Below the pieces are notes generated by a model. The model was not told the origin of the DNA. It ran no database searches and saw nothing but the letters and a program-made list of their open reading frames with translations. The position numbers and the translations under genes are program-made. Positions 36,740 to 51,039 of a stretch of DNA of 64,000 nucleotides are shown piece by piece. The stretch is from Octopus vulgaris (Eukaryota). Position 1 is the stretch's first letter; the number at the start of each line of letters is the position of its first letter. The stretch is taken from assembly GCA_951406725.2 (NCBI GenBank), contig OX597818.1, positions 43,214,001 to 43,278,000 on the forward strand. Reading direction: 5' to 3'.

Positions 36740-37080
36740 GACAGGTTTCTTTCAGTTTCCATCTAACAAATCCACTCACACTTGCCCAAAATGCCAAGCA
36801 GTGGAACTGAACCCAGAACCATGTGGTTGGGAAGCAAACTTCTTATCACACAGCCACATTTGTGCCTGTAAAATTATCTGTCAGAAGTGTGTGTGTATGT
36901 ATATATACCTTTTGCTTATTTCAGTCATTGGACTGTGGCCATACTGGAGCCTCATCTTGAATGGTTTAATCAAACAAATGAACCCCAGTACAATTTTTAA
37001 GTTTGGAACTTTTCTATCGGTCTTTTATGTTGAACTACTCAGTTACAAGGATATAGAAAATCAACGCTGGACAGACACAA
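35940..37080 (-). mobile_element. Stacked SINE cluster: family C tail (~35940-36005), family A full (~36028-36433), older family A (~36476-36867), partial family A (~36908-37080)
   Basis: Repeated blocks tttcagtcat..gactgtggccat.ctgg and cttgcccaa...gaaccatgtggtt; all on the minus strand. Confidence 0.85.
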
Positions 37081-40000
37081 GTGTGCACGCACACATGTAT
37101 ATATATATGTGTTTAGATTTTTTCTAAAACTAAGGGTAGAGTAAACAAAATATGAGAAAAGAGTCTAAGCTAAGTGTTAGGAATAATTGTACACACACAC
37201 ACACACAGAGGCTTAGAAAGTTCATTGAGAGAGAGGCACAAACCTCACAATTTCCAACCCCACACCCTCCCTTATGAATTGAACATTTCTTATCTACACA
37301 GGAAATCATCAAAGTACATTTAGAATGAAATGATAGTTGTAGTTAGTTGGTTATCAATTCCCAATTAATTATAGTTGGTAACTTATCAATTACTTATTTT
37401 GTCATAGAATTTCTTGTCACACAAAGAAATCATTTATTACATTTTCTTATTGATATTAAAGAAGGACACATTTAATACTTATGTTCTATTCAGCAAATGA
37501 TATGTTTGGAAGCTTCTATAGAAATGAGGGAAAAATGTGTGTGTATGTATGCATACACACACACACATATGTGTGTGAATAGATATGACCATAACCTAGT
37601 AACTAGCTTTCAATTAAATCGCCTTTTGTGAGATTGTCTTCTAACATTCAATTATAAATGAACTTTGTAATTAATAATAATTACAAATTGTATTTATTGT
37701 TCCAGTATATTACACAGCAAACAGAACATTGTCTTTAGAATGATGAAAATGGGTAATGGAACTACCAATTTTAGCTAATTATATTAGATGTCAAAACAGA
37801 AAAATAAATTAAACGCCTGAAATTAGTTGTTGTTAAGATAACTTTTCAGACAATCAGCCTCATCTTTGGTGATGAAAGTTTTGAATATTTTACATCGATA
37901 TATCATTTCACTCAGTTTCATTTCTGATCTTCAGTCAGGTGTCATTTTCTAGGAAGGCATACATTTTCCTAACCCCTGATTGAAACAGTATAGATGTGAA
38001 TATTAAAAAATTTCTCACTTCTAAAGATATGTTTCTTCCAATTATTTTAAATATAACAAAGAATTTAGTAAAATAATATCGTTATCATTGAGCTAGTGTT
38101 GAGAACATAAATTGTGACTAAGATTTGGTGGAAGATTTGAATTCAAAACTTATGAAAACAAGACATTTGTACTACAGAACCAGAGCCAGTTTCAGCCGGG
38201 TTGGTAACGAAAGGGTTAATAGCTAGGAAATTTTATAATTTTGTGAAAATATAATCCATTCACAAACTATGCAAATAGTTAGTGACAATACAGATCTCTC
38301 TATGGGTAAGAAGTTAATCTATCACAGGTAAATTTTTTAAAATACAGCTTGGTATCAATAGCAGTGCCCATAACCTTTGCAGTCCCTTCCAAGGCTGGTG
38401 AGATTGATGTTGTTAATGTTCCACTTAAACTGTTGTAGGTCAACTCTTGCAGAAAAGGCATGAGAGCAAGAAGGAGGTTCCAGATTGCCAATGTTCTGAG
38501 AAGGAAGGATTGAGAACAGTAGTTAGAGCAGGGATGTGGAGGAAGTATAGAAACAACAAGGATGGTGAGAGGGGGAGAGATAAATGGATAGGGGGAGAAG
38601 GGGGGTTCAACAGAATTCTCAGAACATACTTTATACTTCTTTATTCTTTTACTGGTTTCAGCCATTGCAGCATGGTCATGCTGGGGTTCCAGTTTCAAGA
38701 GCTTTTAGTTGATCACATAAACTCTGTACTTTATTTTGTTGATCTATATGTATCAAGTGGTTAAGCTACCTTTTTTACACAACCTTTAAAATGAGACATG
38801 TGTATACACATATATCATACAATCTACTTCTTCAGTTTCTTAGTTTCTGTCTGCTAAATTCCAATCAGAAGGCACAAATCAATCCAAAGTTTATAACAGA
38901 AGACACTTGCCCAAAGTATCATACAGTGGGATTACAGCTGAATCTATAGTGAACTTCAGAGCCATACCTGCACCTATTATTACTAATGATTATACCATGA
39001 TTATTAAATATATAAAACCCCCATATATATATATATATATCTCATTAGTCTCCAAAATATTCTTGGTGGGTGGCCATAGAATGTCAAGCAAAATATCTGT
39101 GGTATTTGGTTGCATCCCTTTCAAATTCCACCTGGTCCACCTCACCTTTCGGAAGTTGATAAAATAAATTACCTGTAAATAAAAATAAACAGTCGGGGGT
39201 TGATATAATCAACTAGACCCCACAGAGTGGTGCCCCAACATGGGCCCAATCCAACCAGTAAAAACAATAAACGAATTATTACAGCTTAAATACAATGAGA
39301 TGTTGCTAAGATGGAACTTTTCATAAATCCTTTAAAAACAAACATTATGGAACATGTTAAAGCTGTTTCCATCTGCTGCTGCCAGTTAGATTAGATAGTT
39401 CACATGAGAACCAATTAAGTTTCTTAATCATTCTACATAGCAACTAATTATCACCAGGTCTACCTGCATGAGCCAATCAAGGTGTCAAGTTGCTGATTAG
39501 AAAGTGTTAAGGATTTAACTTTAATTGGAGTATGCAGACAGTTATATATTGCATACATGCACATGTACACATACACACAGGATATATCTGCCACAATACA
39601 TCATGTTTAATTATATAACAGTTGGTTATGTTTGCAGATATTGCCTTCACAGCCTGTTAGAATAGAGCCCTGTCAATTTAGAAAGTGGTGATTGCCTACA
39701 ATTAAAATTTAATGTAAGTTGTTGTGTAATAGCTTATGACAAAAGATTATTGATGTGCTAAAATTGAACCTGAAACCACATGATTGCAAAACTACATAGG
39801 CATGCCTGCACTTTAATATAGGCTGTGTTGTAATAGATTATGACAAACAAAAGAGATCAATGATGTAATAAACCTGAATATTTAACTAGTAAATAGTATA
39901 ACATTATTTATGTTAATGTCAAAATGTTCTTTCTAAGATAGTGCGCTAAGCTTGTTAAAGGGGCTCTAAAACTGGTGGGGATTTTTTCCTATGGATAATA

Positions 40001-41020
40001 AGAAAACTGACAATTTATTAACATTATAGATTCTAAAGTGAAGAATGTGCAGCCATTACATAAAGCTGCTTCTTGAAAACTTTTTACTTGCCTTTTTCAA
40101 AATATTCTAAAGCTTAACCTTTACAACAGGTTAAAATGACACCAAGATGTTTTAAAACTGAAATATGAGCCCTCTTTCTGTCTACTGTAGTTGAGTGTGA
40201 AGTATAAATATGTACAGTCATGAAATGAAGCAAATATGAAGCTTTATTGTTATAGAACTGCAAAACCACTTTGCAACAAAACTTGACATGTTGTTAGTTC
40301 TTTTGTGTCATGAAATACAAACTTACCACTTCTGGTAGTTAAACAAGTTTGTGCTGTTATTTGTAAGGTGGGAAAAGAATAGATGGTCGGACACATAATA
40401 AAAAGGTTTTCTCACCAAACTAAAACAGCCACCTTTTTCAAACAGAACTATTTAGACAGAACAAATTTTTAATGCTTATTATAAACTAAATGGACGGCAA
40501 CTTTAGAATTAGAACATATTTAAGGAAGACCATTAAGATTATATTTCGTAGTGAAAGGGAGAAACATTTTTCTTCTTGTAATGTTTTACTGTATATATTG
40601 TAACAACCTAACTCAGTCCAGTGTTACTTCAGATTGGTATTAGCTACCAGTATGGTCCATACCATCTTTAATTTAACAGAACCACCTGTTGGCTACAGTT
40701 ATCATGTTTTCAATTTTTTTCTCACCTTTCACCAAGAAAACATAGGTTACATGATTTTGTGGCACAGATGAAATAATAATTTCATACCCGTTTCACCACC
40801 AACCAATTTTTACTACAAATAACACATGACTGTTTTTGTTTTTGTAAATTTAAACTTGTGTAACAATACTTTTCTTAGTTTATTTTTATAAGGATAGTTG
40901 GTTGGATGATTTTGGATTATGTTATCCACCCCTAAAGAAATGAAAACTAAAATGACTATCATATCATTTGAACTCTGAATATTAATACATTAAATGATGT
41001 AACACATAATGCATGTCTAG

Positions 41021-41054
<34 letters not shown>

Positions 41055-42550
41055 GCTCTGAGCCATTCTAGCCTTCAATCAACTCCACCTTAAATGACTA
41101 AAATAAATTCCTTCCTGGTTTTGGTTAATTTGTTTTCTAAAACCTTTTATTGCAAAGTGTGGCCTTAACAGTTAACAGTTAAGAGTATCCTTTATGGGAC
41201 AAGTATAAAAGAGGCTATTAAGATATCTATAGTTTCTCTATTTCCTGGAAATGTGAAAACAGGAAGAAATAGCTTGCTTACATAATAAAAATACAGAAAC
41301 TTAATGGAAGGAAACAGCTCTTAACTGTTATTAACTAATAAAGAACCAAATTTCATATTATCCACTGATAAGATCCTAACACCTTTTTGCACACCATCTC
41401 TAATTACTGCAGATTTCTCCAAATAAACTGTTTCTTTTTTAGCATAACTATAAATAGTTAGAAACTAAATTTCTATAGTTTCTTTTATTATGTTACATTA
41501 AATGTAGATAAAATTATCAGAAGCTGGGATGGGGTGGTATTTTTCACTTTTTTTCTTCTCCTAATCACCTATGTTTAAAAACTTTTCTTAGTTGTAACCC
41601 ACAACAAAATAAAATGCAAAGGTTTATTTATTAACAAGGAAAATAACCATCAGAAAGAGAACTGCAACATTTCCCAATAAGTGTTTATTTCTCTATAATA
41701 TTTGAAAAACTACAAATATATATTTAATGGCTATCCTATTCCAATCCCGCTTTATTCCCCTCACCAACACTGACAGAATATTGCTATCTGTGTTGAGGCA
41801 AGTTGCAGCAACAGCAATGCCAGTGCTACCAATTATTACAGCCTAGAATTGTTGCATTGATTTTTATCTGAAGACCATGGTACCACCTCCCATGCTGCTG
41901 TATTCTTTCATTTTTCTTTACTTGTAAAGTAAATGAAAATTTAGGATAAGCTTGTTTAAATAATATCCAATATCCCTCAAAACTCAGTGATACAGTATAA
42001 TTCCCAGTAGGCTTAATACATCTTAAGAAAGCTCTTTGTAAAAACTGTTTACATTTCTGTCTATTGATTAAAACACAAGATAACTTAACAAGATATACAG
42101 GTTGTTTCAATAGATAGTATAAACAATACCTGAGTTACAGTTAGTTTTATAGAATAAAGAGAATGCATTCCTATTTCAAAATGTAAAACATTAAAAAAAA
42201 ATACTTATCTTCATTTTTCTTAAATGTGATACATTTCTTTGAAATCTGCTATCAATAATTATGAACAAGTGATTTCACTAAAGATATCATGTTTGGTACC
42301 CTACCTTTTCCAAATTCTATATACATACAATTCAGTATTCCTTGTTTAAAAGAAATATATATGTAAGCTGATTGGTGATCTCTTATATCAGTTTTCAAAG
42401 TAAAATGCAAAAAGGAAACCTGTTGCTGCCTTATTGCAGAATAGATGCATGTGTAGAAACATATTTTTACTTTTAAAATGTTTTCTGTCTACTCTTTGTT
42501 TAACATGCATTTTAATTCAATTTTCCTTCCTATTCTTCAAGCATATATTT

Positions 42551-42782
<232 letters not shown>

Positions 42783-45700
42783 TAGTTGCTTACATATAGT
42801 TTTACAACTTGTGATATTATATCACTGCTATTACAGCTTCTATTTAAAACACTACAATTTATTTTTTATGGCTTTAGGTTTTAAAGTAGCTACTGTTAAA
42901 AGCCTTGGTAGATATGACACAGACAACACTAGATTAATCAAATCTGAACAAGTATTTTTTAAAAATCACAATAAATTGCCTAAGTAACTTAGAATTTTTC
43001 AAATTAAAATTAGTTTTTCTATCTTCAATAAGGCCTGGTGAATTCCATTTTTCTAAAAAAAAAAATAAATCTTTCTTTCTTTCCAACTTTATTTCTCAGC
43101 ACTTCTATATAAATTTTTAATAAGTTATTAACAAGAGAATAAAAATAAGCTCCTTTTGAAGAGTTTGTATGATATAGCTTTCAGACATTCCTTAGTACAG
43201 CTACATTTTTCTGTTGAGAATCTCCCATACCAATGCATCCTTATACTCCCTGCATTTCTGGCTGTTTAAGCATGCAATAGAGCCAAGGGAAGTAAGAAAT
43301 CAATATATTTCATTGAAGATTACCTTTAAATGGGCTTGTGTCCATTCTAGGAAGACCTATTGAAATAGCAATGAATGAATGGGGAGACTGTAATTTAGAG
43401 AGAAAAAAAAATGAGAAGCTTACAAGCTAGAAGCAAGGGGGCTGAGGTGGAGTATATGTTTCTAAATAGCTACATCTCTGTTCAGGTTTATATTGATAAA
43501 AGGAGAAAATGGAAAAAAAAAAAAAAAAAAAAGGAATTATAAGGTTCTTGGGAACTGGGGTCAGTTAGCTTTCTGCCGTGCCAGGAAACAAAAGTATGCT
43601 GAATCATTACAAATCTCCTGAAGAGAGGGGACAAGTCAGCTTATTATGATTAACAATTGTATGAGATTTAACACTGTGTAATGCAACAACAAACTTCCAA
43701 CTAATTTCACATTTCCTCGCGCATCGTGGATTGTCTGAGGGGACCGACAAAACCATTATCATCCACTTTATGCTGTAGAATAACTGAGAACTGCAGACAG
43801 ACTGACTGCCTCAAGTGCTAGATCGATGGCAGAAAGATATCATATTGCCTTATCAATCCTAATATTTATTCATATTCTGGGAGAGAGGAGAGAGTTTAGT
43901 TGATTTGCTGCAGTATAATATTCCAATATATAACTTTTACAAGGCTGAAATAAATGTATGCACACACATACCTAAATGTGTGTGTATGTACGTGGATCTG
44001 TATGTATGTAGATATAAGTATATATGTATATGTATATGTGTGTAGATAGATAGATAGAGAGAGTGAGTGGAAGTGAAAGTAAAGTGGATGCTATAGGAAC
44101 AAATAAATTCATAAAGATATTTTGTGTTGCTTTAGAAATTCCTTAATACCTACGCTGGAATGACAGCTAGGTTCAATAAAAACTGAATATTCATCAATAT
44201 ACATACCAATATGCAACAAATATGCACCATTTCATGTAACCTGGCGAATGTAGATATTAACTTTGCATACAGGAATGTGTGTGTGTGTGATATCTGTATA
44301 TTTGTGCCTTTTAATTTGGTTTAGCTATAACTACTAGGGCCTTCCTGGAACTTGTATAAAGTAGAAAATAATGATTTTATTTGACTGAGACAATCTGTAG
44401 TGAAAGGAAATGTGAAATCAATTGAAAGTTTTCTGTTGTAGTACAATGTAGAATATATATGCTTTAGTTCTAACAATAGAAAATCCTAGCTTTTATGGTT
44501 CTGAATTTGAATTGCACATCTTTCTAGTTTGTTAGAGACAGTGTCAACTGATCCCCTAACAAAGGATTAGCTTTGTAGCTAACATACATACACACATATA
44601 CATCCACACACAGTAGATTATTATATTATATACATCAATGTGTATGATGTAAGTCCTTTCACTGCATTAACTTGTAAACGGTTCATTATCAACCTTTTCT
44701 ATCTATGCCTTGCACCCTTAGGAAATATTAAATTTTCACACACCCCAACTAAAGTAATATCACATTTGATGATGAAAAAGTTAATTTTTTAATAACTAGT
44801 TTATTGTTTTATTGAATAAAATTCAGTACTGTGGAATAACTAAGTTGCTAGCATGCTTAATACAACAGTTATTTTAAGAGTTTAGTAAATAATTTTATTC
44901 TGTAAAGCGATTTTGATCAATTATTTTGTCACACCTAAAATACCATTTTACACCCCCAGGAGATGCAGACACACCAGGCTGAAAACCCTTGCTTACTGCT
45001 ATAACTAAACAAATAAATGCTAGATTGCTTCTTTTTTTTTTCCAGTTAAATCCTGTTAACTGAAAATAAATTCACCTGGTTCTTTCTGTATTGGGTGATT
45101 TAGCATTATCTTGAATGCATCAGGAGTGATTTGTATTTGTATGCTTTGTTGTTTCATTAATATATTTATTCTTAATAATTGATCTTGATCTATTGGATCT
45201 TGTACAGATATTGATTAATAACCTGTGAGTGTGGTTCAGTGTATCACCTAGTTCTTTCTCTTCATCACAAACAATGCAATACCTCCGATAAGATATTAAT
45301 TTTATATTTACTTACACACAGATTCTTATATACAATTAATAAAAGATTCTTTATACATTGAATTTCTGCATATAGGTTGTATTATGCAATACAATGAGCA
45401 AATAATAAAAAGGATTCTATATCATATATATATATTGAGCATTTTCCTAATCAGCAGTTATTCTATATAAATTAATGCTCAGATTGAGCAGAGCAGTCAG
45501 TTGTTAACTCTAGGTCAGCTCAAATTGAGCAGATTTATGGTCAAGAAGTTCCGGCTGCGAGCACTCAAATCTTTTCCCTAGTTGCTCCCAGGAGTACAGT
45601 ATATAGTAGACACTTGTTTCTTAAGACGGTACAGATGTGATTTGAGGGAGATTTAGCTGCTATTTCTAGCAAGTTGAGCAACGAAGTTATATGCACCTTC

Positions 45701-45826
45701 GTTGGCCTGTATTGTAGTCGATATTTGGTGTTAGGATTATAATTGACAAAGAAAGTTTAGATAACAAGGAGGGTCCTCTCGTTGAGCACATTAAATTTTT
45801 TTTTTTAGTCACTGCATGCTTTTTAT

Positions 45827-46051
45827 CTATTTCTTTACTACCCACAAGGGGATAAACAGAGAGGGGACAAACAAGGACAGACAAACGGATTAAGTCGATT
45901 ATATCGACCCCAGTGCGTAACTGGTACTTAATTTATCGACCTTGAAAGGATGAAAGGCAAAGTCGACCTCGGCGGAATTTGAACTCAGAACGTAACGGCA
46001 GACGAAATACGGCTACGCTTTTCGCCCGGCGTGCTAACATTTCTGCCAGCT
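45827..46051 (-). mobile_element. SINE family B
   Basis: Nearly identical to 52326-52556. Confidence 0.9.
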
Positions 46052-46259
46052 AAAAGAGTCTCAACTATATACAAGTTGCTCTATCAAGGAGGAATGGAAA
46101 AGTATAGTTTCATTAATATTTGGAACATGATTATTGGTGGAGGGGGATGGTGCTCAATTCCAACAGGTTTCGATACACTAGTTTTTGTATGAAGAATGTG
46201 AATTCTGTTGAATTTAAGGTTACTTTAAATTTTCAAGTTAGTACAGCGGTTATTATACA

Positions 46260-49200
46260 TTTAACTGTAGTTTTTATATTTTAGGCGAGGGTGGGGTTGT
46301 AAGCAAGTGATATATCAATCAATAAAAAAAAAAGATCGACTTACATCTCATATTAACTGAAAAGTTTATATCTTGAATTCCATTACTAATTTGAAAATAT
46401 TAACTCTAGCTACCGAAGAAGACAATACAAATAAATACTCCCTTTCTATCCCTTTCGCTTTTCTATCGGAAACAAGAATCGGTGAGAAGAGTGAAAGAGC
46501 GGAGTTGGCTTTGACGAACTTCTCAGGTAGCTTGAACGGAACCCTTTAAGAGAATTAGCATTACTCTCTGTAATGTTTGCTGTGTGGGTGGGCAATAAAA
46601 TCTATCTGCTCAGCGGGATAGTTTCACTGCACTGGGAAGATAATGCTAGATCAAGTTAAAAGTGCGCTTGCGATGGCCTGTCGAAATGACACCATTTAAT
46701 GAATCGAACTTGGTGATCGAATATTGTGCTAGATTCAGCTGTTACCGGCATTTCCTTGATTGATGGTGTGATACTGATGTGGGGGAAAGTTTATAGATAG
46801 AAAACTGAATGAACTTGTAAAAAAGTAGTAAAGTCAATTTATTGACATACATGCCACTAGCAATTAGATTCACCCTAGACAAATTACATTACTATTACAT
46901 TTTTCTCATCCTGACTACCACTCCCTGATTGAAAAACATTATACAAAACAGGATTAAGTGTTAAGGGTATCGTGTATTATATAAAGTAGATCCAGGAAAC
47001 GTAGTATTTATTAGATTTAATATAATAGTCTGCTTCGAAAAACGATCCAAATTGAATTGTCTCAGTTTTTTACGCATATTAACTCCTCTGTTAGCGCACG
47101 TTTTCACTAAATAATGCTTGTTATTGACAGAGAAATTCCCAGGCTTTATGATGTAGAGGCGGCCTTTCTCTTTCACTCTCTCTCTTTCTCTCTATCTCTC
47201 ATACGCACGCGCGCACAGTTGACTGCACTTAAAATATTTGAGGCCTCTCAAGAATCACTTCAGGAATGATAATACAAAAATACAAGTAAATATTGCATGT
47301 AGCAGAAAAAGAGAAAGAAAACTGTCACAACTGCGCTTTGATGTCTCTCTCTAGCTTCCTTATTCTTTTGCCTGTATGTAACACAGAGAGGACGTTTGGC
47401 TATCCTCGGAGTTTTGTTAGTTAGGTTTTTTGCTATAAAGTTCAGAAACTCCACAACTATTCGAGACATTTACGAACAGAGAAAAATAAAAACCCGGAAA
47501 GTTTGTTAAAGTAAACAAAATGCGTATCAGTCGTCTTTTGGTTTCAGTTAATGACTAGCCAAAGGTAAACAATAAGTCAAATAATAAAATAATAACCCGA
47601 CTAGAACAGAGAGAGAGAGATATTCTTACTGCCTTTTTATATTTTTTTAAAACAGAAATATTGTTTCATTCTATTTTAATGTTTATAATACAAGTAACAT
47701 TAGTAACAGCTCAGTGATGATATCTATAGATAATTGCCACTTAGTTATGAGCATAGCTATTTTCTATCTCTCTCTGTAGTTATTTAAACCATTATCTTTT
47801 AGTTGTCTATTTTTTAGATTTTTAGATAAACATTTCCAAAGCTTGATTTTGAAACAATTGTTTTTATCCTTTTTACAATTGCATATCAGTCACGCACATG
47901 TATTTTATATATATATATATATGTATGTGTATGTATGTATGTGTATGTATGTATGTATGTATATATATGTATGTGTATGTATGTATATATATGTATGTGT
48001 ATGTATGTATATATATGTATGTGTATTTATGTATATATATGTATGTATATGTATGTATGTCTATATATATGTATGTGTATGTATGTATATATATATGTAT
48101 GTGTATGTATGCATATATATGTATGTGTATGTATGTATATATGTGTATGTATGTATATATATGTATATATATATATGTATGTATGTATATAATGTGTGTC
48201 TGTATGTAAACACGTTCGTGCACGCACACAATGTCATCATTGATATATTAAAAACAATGTAGCTAAGATCAAAGAATAAAAATATTGGTTTTTATATATA
48301 TATAAGAAATATTAAAATAAAAATTCATCACAATATTAGATATTTTCCAAAGATCTGTCATTTCACATCTACTTTAGTTATTAGATATCCTAGATAAAGC
48401 GTTGATTTTTTTTTTCTACTTCAGGATCTTTCTTAGAAAGACCAGTTGAAGAAATCGATTGAATGGATGTAGATAACTGCGAAACATCAATAATTTGATT
48501 TACTGTGAGTAAATAGCCATGGGAACCGATCTTGGGATCCAACACATGTTCCGTTTAGTTATCCGCCAAATGCTTAATCACTTTAAAACATTGATTTGTT
48601 GTCGGCCTTTTACATTTTTTCATATTTTATTACATTATTTTATAATATTTATCCCATAACCACTGTGCGTCGAAATTATAAATATAAATTTCAGTATAGT
48701 CTGGTTAAATAATCAAAAGTGGGCGTGGAAGGTGTTAAGTTTTTCAAAACATATTAACGAGATAAATAGAGCGTGTGTATTATTAAAGGAAGGGACGATT
48801 TCGCGAACTGGACTGAAAAGAGAAAGTGATTTAATAATATAAGCAAGGTGACATATTAAGTAAAAACTCTGGTTACCTGAATGGACTTGAATCCAAAACA
48901 TTCTAAAGCCTTGTAAAAATTATTGAAATTTAGCAACAATTCCTTTCCTTCGTTTGGAAAATAACAATAATATCAATAAATAATAATAATGCTAAAAATA
49001 AAAAAAATTATTAGTCTTATAAGTCCGTTTGAGAATCGGGTTTATTCAGCCAAAGATTTGACAGGTTTCTATACATGTTAATAATACACATGTACAGATA
49101 GACAACGATTCCCTATAGCAACTCGGTATTGGTCCTGTGTATGTGTGTAGAGAGAATCTCTTAAACTGGTTAATAGTAGTTTCTGCGGCCAGAGAAGAAA

Positions 49201-50230
49201 AAACGTAGTGAATCTGACAGAAATTATAACAACACTGCTTTACAAGCACAAATTCAATAATCCGTATCCTAGAAGTTCTGCTGTTTTTGTTTATGTGTGG
49301 ACCATATATTTCTTTAATAAATTCTATAAACTCTTGCCACCGACGACTTCAGTGGACGACCCGTTCTCGTTCTTCGCTATTGTATCGAATGAGCTTCGAG
49401 GAAATCCGTTGCAAATTTCTATGGAGGAGAAGGCGGAGGAGGAGGGGGAGGAGGAGGAAAACCAATGATAAAGTGCGCGCAAGAAAATGTGCGTGCGAGT
49501 GTGTGTGTGTGTGTATATGAATGTGTGCGCGCATGTGTCTTAGAGTGTGTGCTTGTGTACACCTTTTTTTTTTTTTTCCTTTTCTTTCCCACCTCCTCTG
49601 TCACTCTCCCTCTCTCTCTTTCTCTCTCTCTCGCTCTCTCTCTCATATAAAAAAGAAAGACGAAGACCATGTCCGTGTGTTTCCTTCTCCCCTCACCCTG
49701 CTTCGCTTATTTGATCGGCTCTAACTTAACGATAGCAGTAAGCTATCTTTCTGAATCTCTCCATAAACAGGCTCCGCTGTGTCTCTTTGATAAAAAAAAA
49801 GAAGATAAAGAAGAAATAAAAAAGAAAAGAAAAGGAATACAAAAAAAAAACTAAATATAAACGTAAACTAGTTTAACGGGCATAAGGTGCAGTAGAGACA
49901 TTTAGGATTAGTGGGTGTGGTAATAGTAGCAGTAATAACTGTAGTTATTAAACAATTGTTTGAGATGGTGTGAACAAAGGTCTGTAAACATTAGCAACCG
50001 TCTTAATTGCATGTGTTTATATTATATATATTATTGTAAATATATATATATGTATATATAATGCTATTGCAATCAAATAAGTGTGCTTTTTGCACGCACG
50101 CTCGCCTACACATAAACACATATGTATATTTAATCTATAAGTGATATACCAGTTTCCTTAATATGATACACACTTGACTTATGAGTGTGTGTGTAGTAAA
50201 AGTGAGCTTTACATATTCGAGTTGATAGAT
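46260..50230. promoter_or_regulatory. CpG-retaining block, probable promoter/first-exon region (possibly two TSS clusters at ~47.5 and ~49.5 kb)
   Basis: CpG is visibly frequent in unique sequence here and scarce in the flanks. CCGGAA and GTAAACAAAATG at ~47494-47522, CCAAT at ~49462, GA/CT tracts. Minus-strand donors GAT|GTAAGT (46345/46344) and CAG|GTAACC (48877/48876). Plus-strand donor-like AAG|GTAAAC at ~47564. Confidence 0.5.
47905..48207. repeat. Compound (TATG/TA/TG)n low-complexity array with ~22-bp higher-order units
   Basis: Direct reading (repeated gtatgtgtatgtatgtatatatat). Confidence 0.93.
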
Positions 50231-50626
50231 GGTGCGTTATTTTGTACACATGTTTAACCTACTTTTAACAGTTCATGTGTATTGTTGTGTATTCATCCAT
50301 CATATATTTTAATAGATATCATCATATTTTTTTCAATGCTTTCAAACTCGGGACCCCAGATCTCGTATATTATAAGATTTTTGTTTGCTATGAGAGTACA
50401 TTTCTGAAATTAATGTCAAAAGCCTTTCTTTTTTTTTTGCTTAACCACCCAATATCTACATAAAGTAAAATATTTCGCCTTGTAAACTGAATGTAAAGAT
50501 TTATGATTCCACGTTTGATTGTTCTGCTGTTTCTTGGAATTTCTAAAGTTATGGAAAGAGAGAGACAAAGTAATGTTGTTGCTACGTAGGGAAGAAGAAA
50601 AAAAATTTATGTTTAATATAGCAGAG

Positions 50627-50686
<60 letters not shown>

Positions 50687-51039
50687 GCGAAGTTGCATTT
50701 AATAAAATATATGAAACAAGGAAAGTGGTCACCCTTACAGCAGTGGTTCCCAAAAAGTGAGCCACAAGTCATTGGTGTTTGCTGTGAGATGGAGATAGGA
50801 AAGAAAATAAAATATTAAAATTATAAGTGTGAAAAATATGAACTGAAATTCAAAAGATAAAGTCTTGATAATCATGTTTTGTTTATTGAGTAAAACAGAA
50901 ATTAATAGTTTTCTGTAGTTTAAATTTTAAATTATATACAGGTTAAGACAGATATTCTCAATCTTTTTAACTTTGTGATGCATTGTAGATGAAACAGAAA
51001 AAAAAATAGTGGTGTGGTTTGTATGAAAGGATGAAAACT

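Noticed and set aside
41760-41830. Short hairpin and an AGGCAAG (miR-31-like seed) motif
   Set aside because: Similarity is limited to 7 nt and there is no proper pre-miRNA duplex. I recognised no conserved bilaterian miRNA by eye, though this was not an exhaustive search.
43530-43860. Unique, relatively GC-richer stretch (also ~39350-39520) that could be an enhancer or ncRNA
   Set aside because: No recognisable RNA family, ORF or strong structure; it cannot be supported without conservation data.
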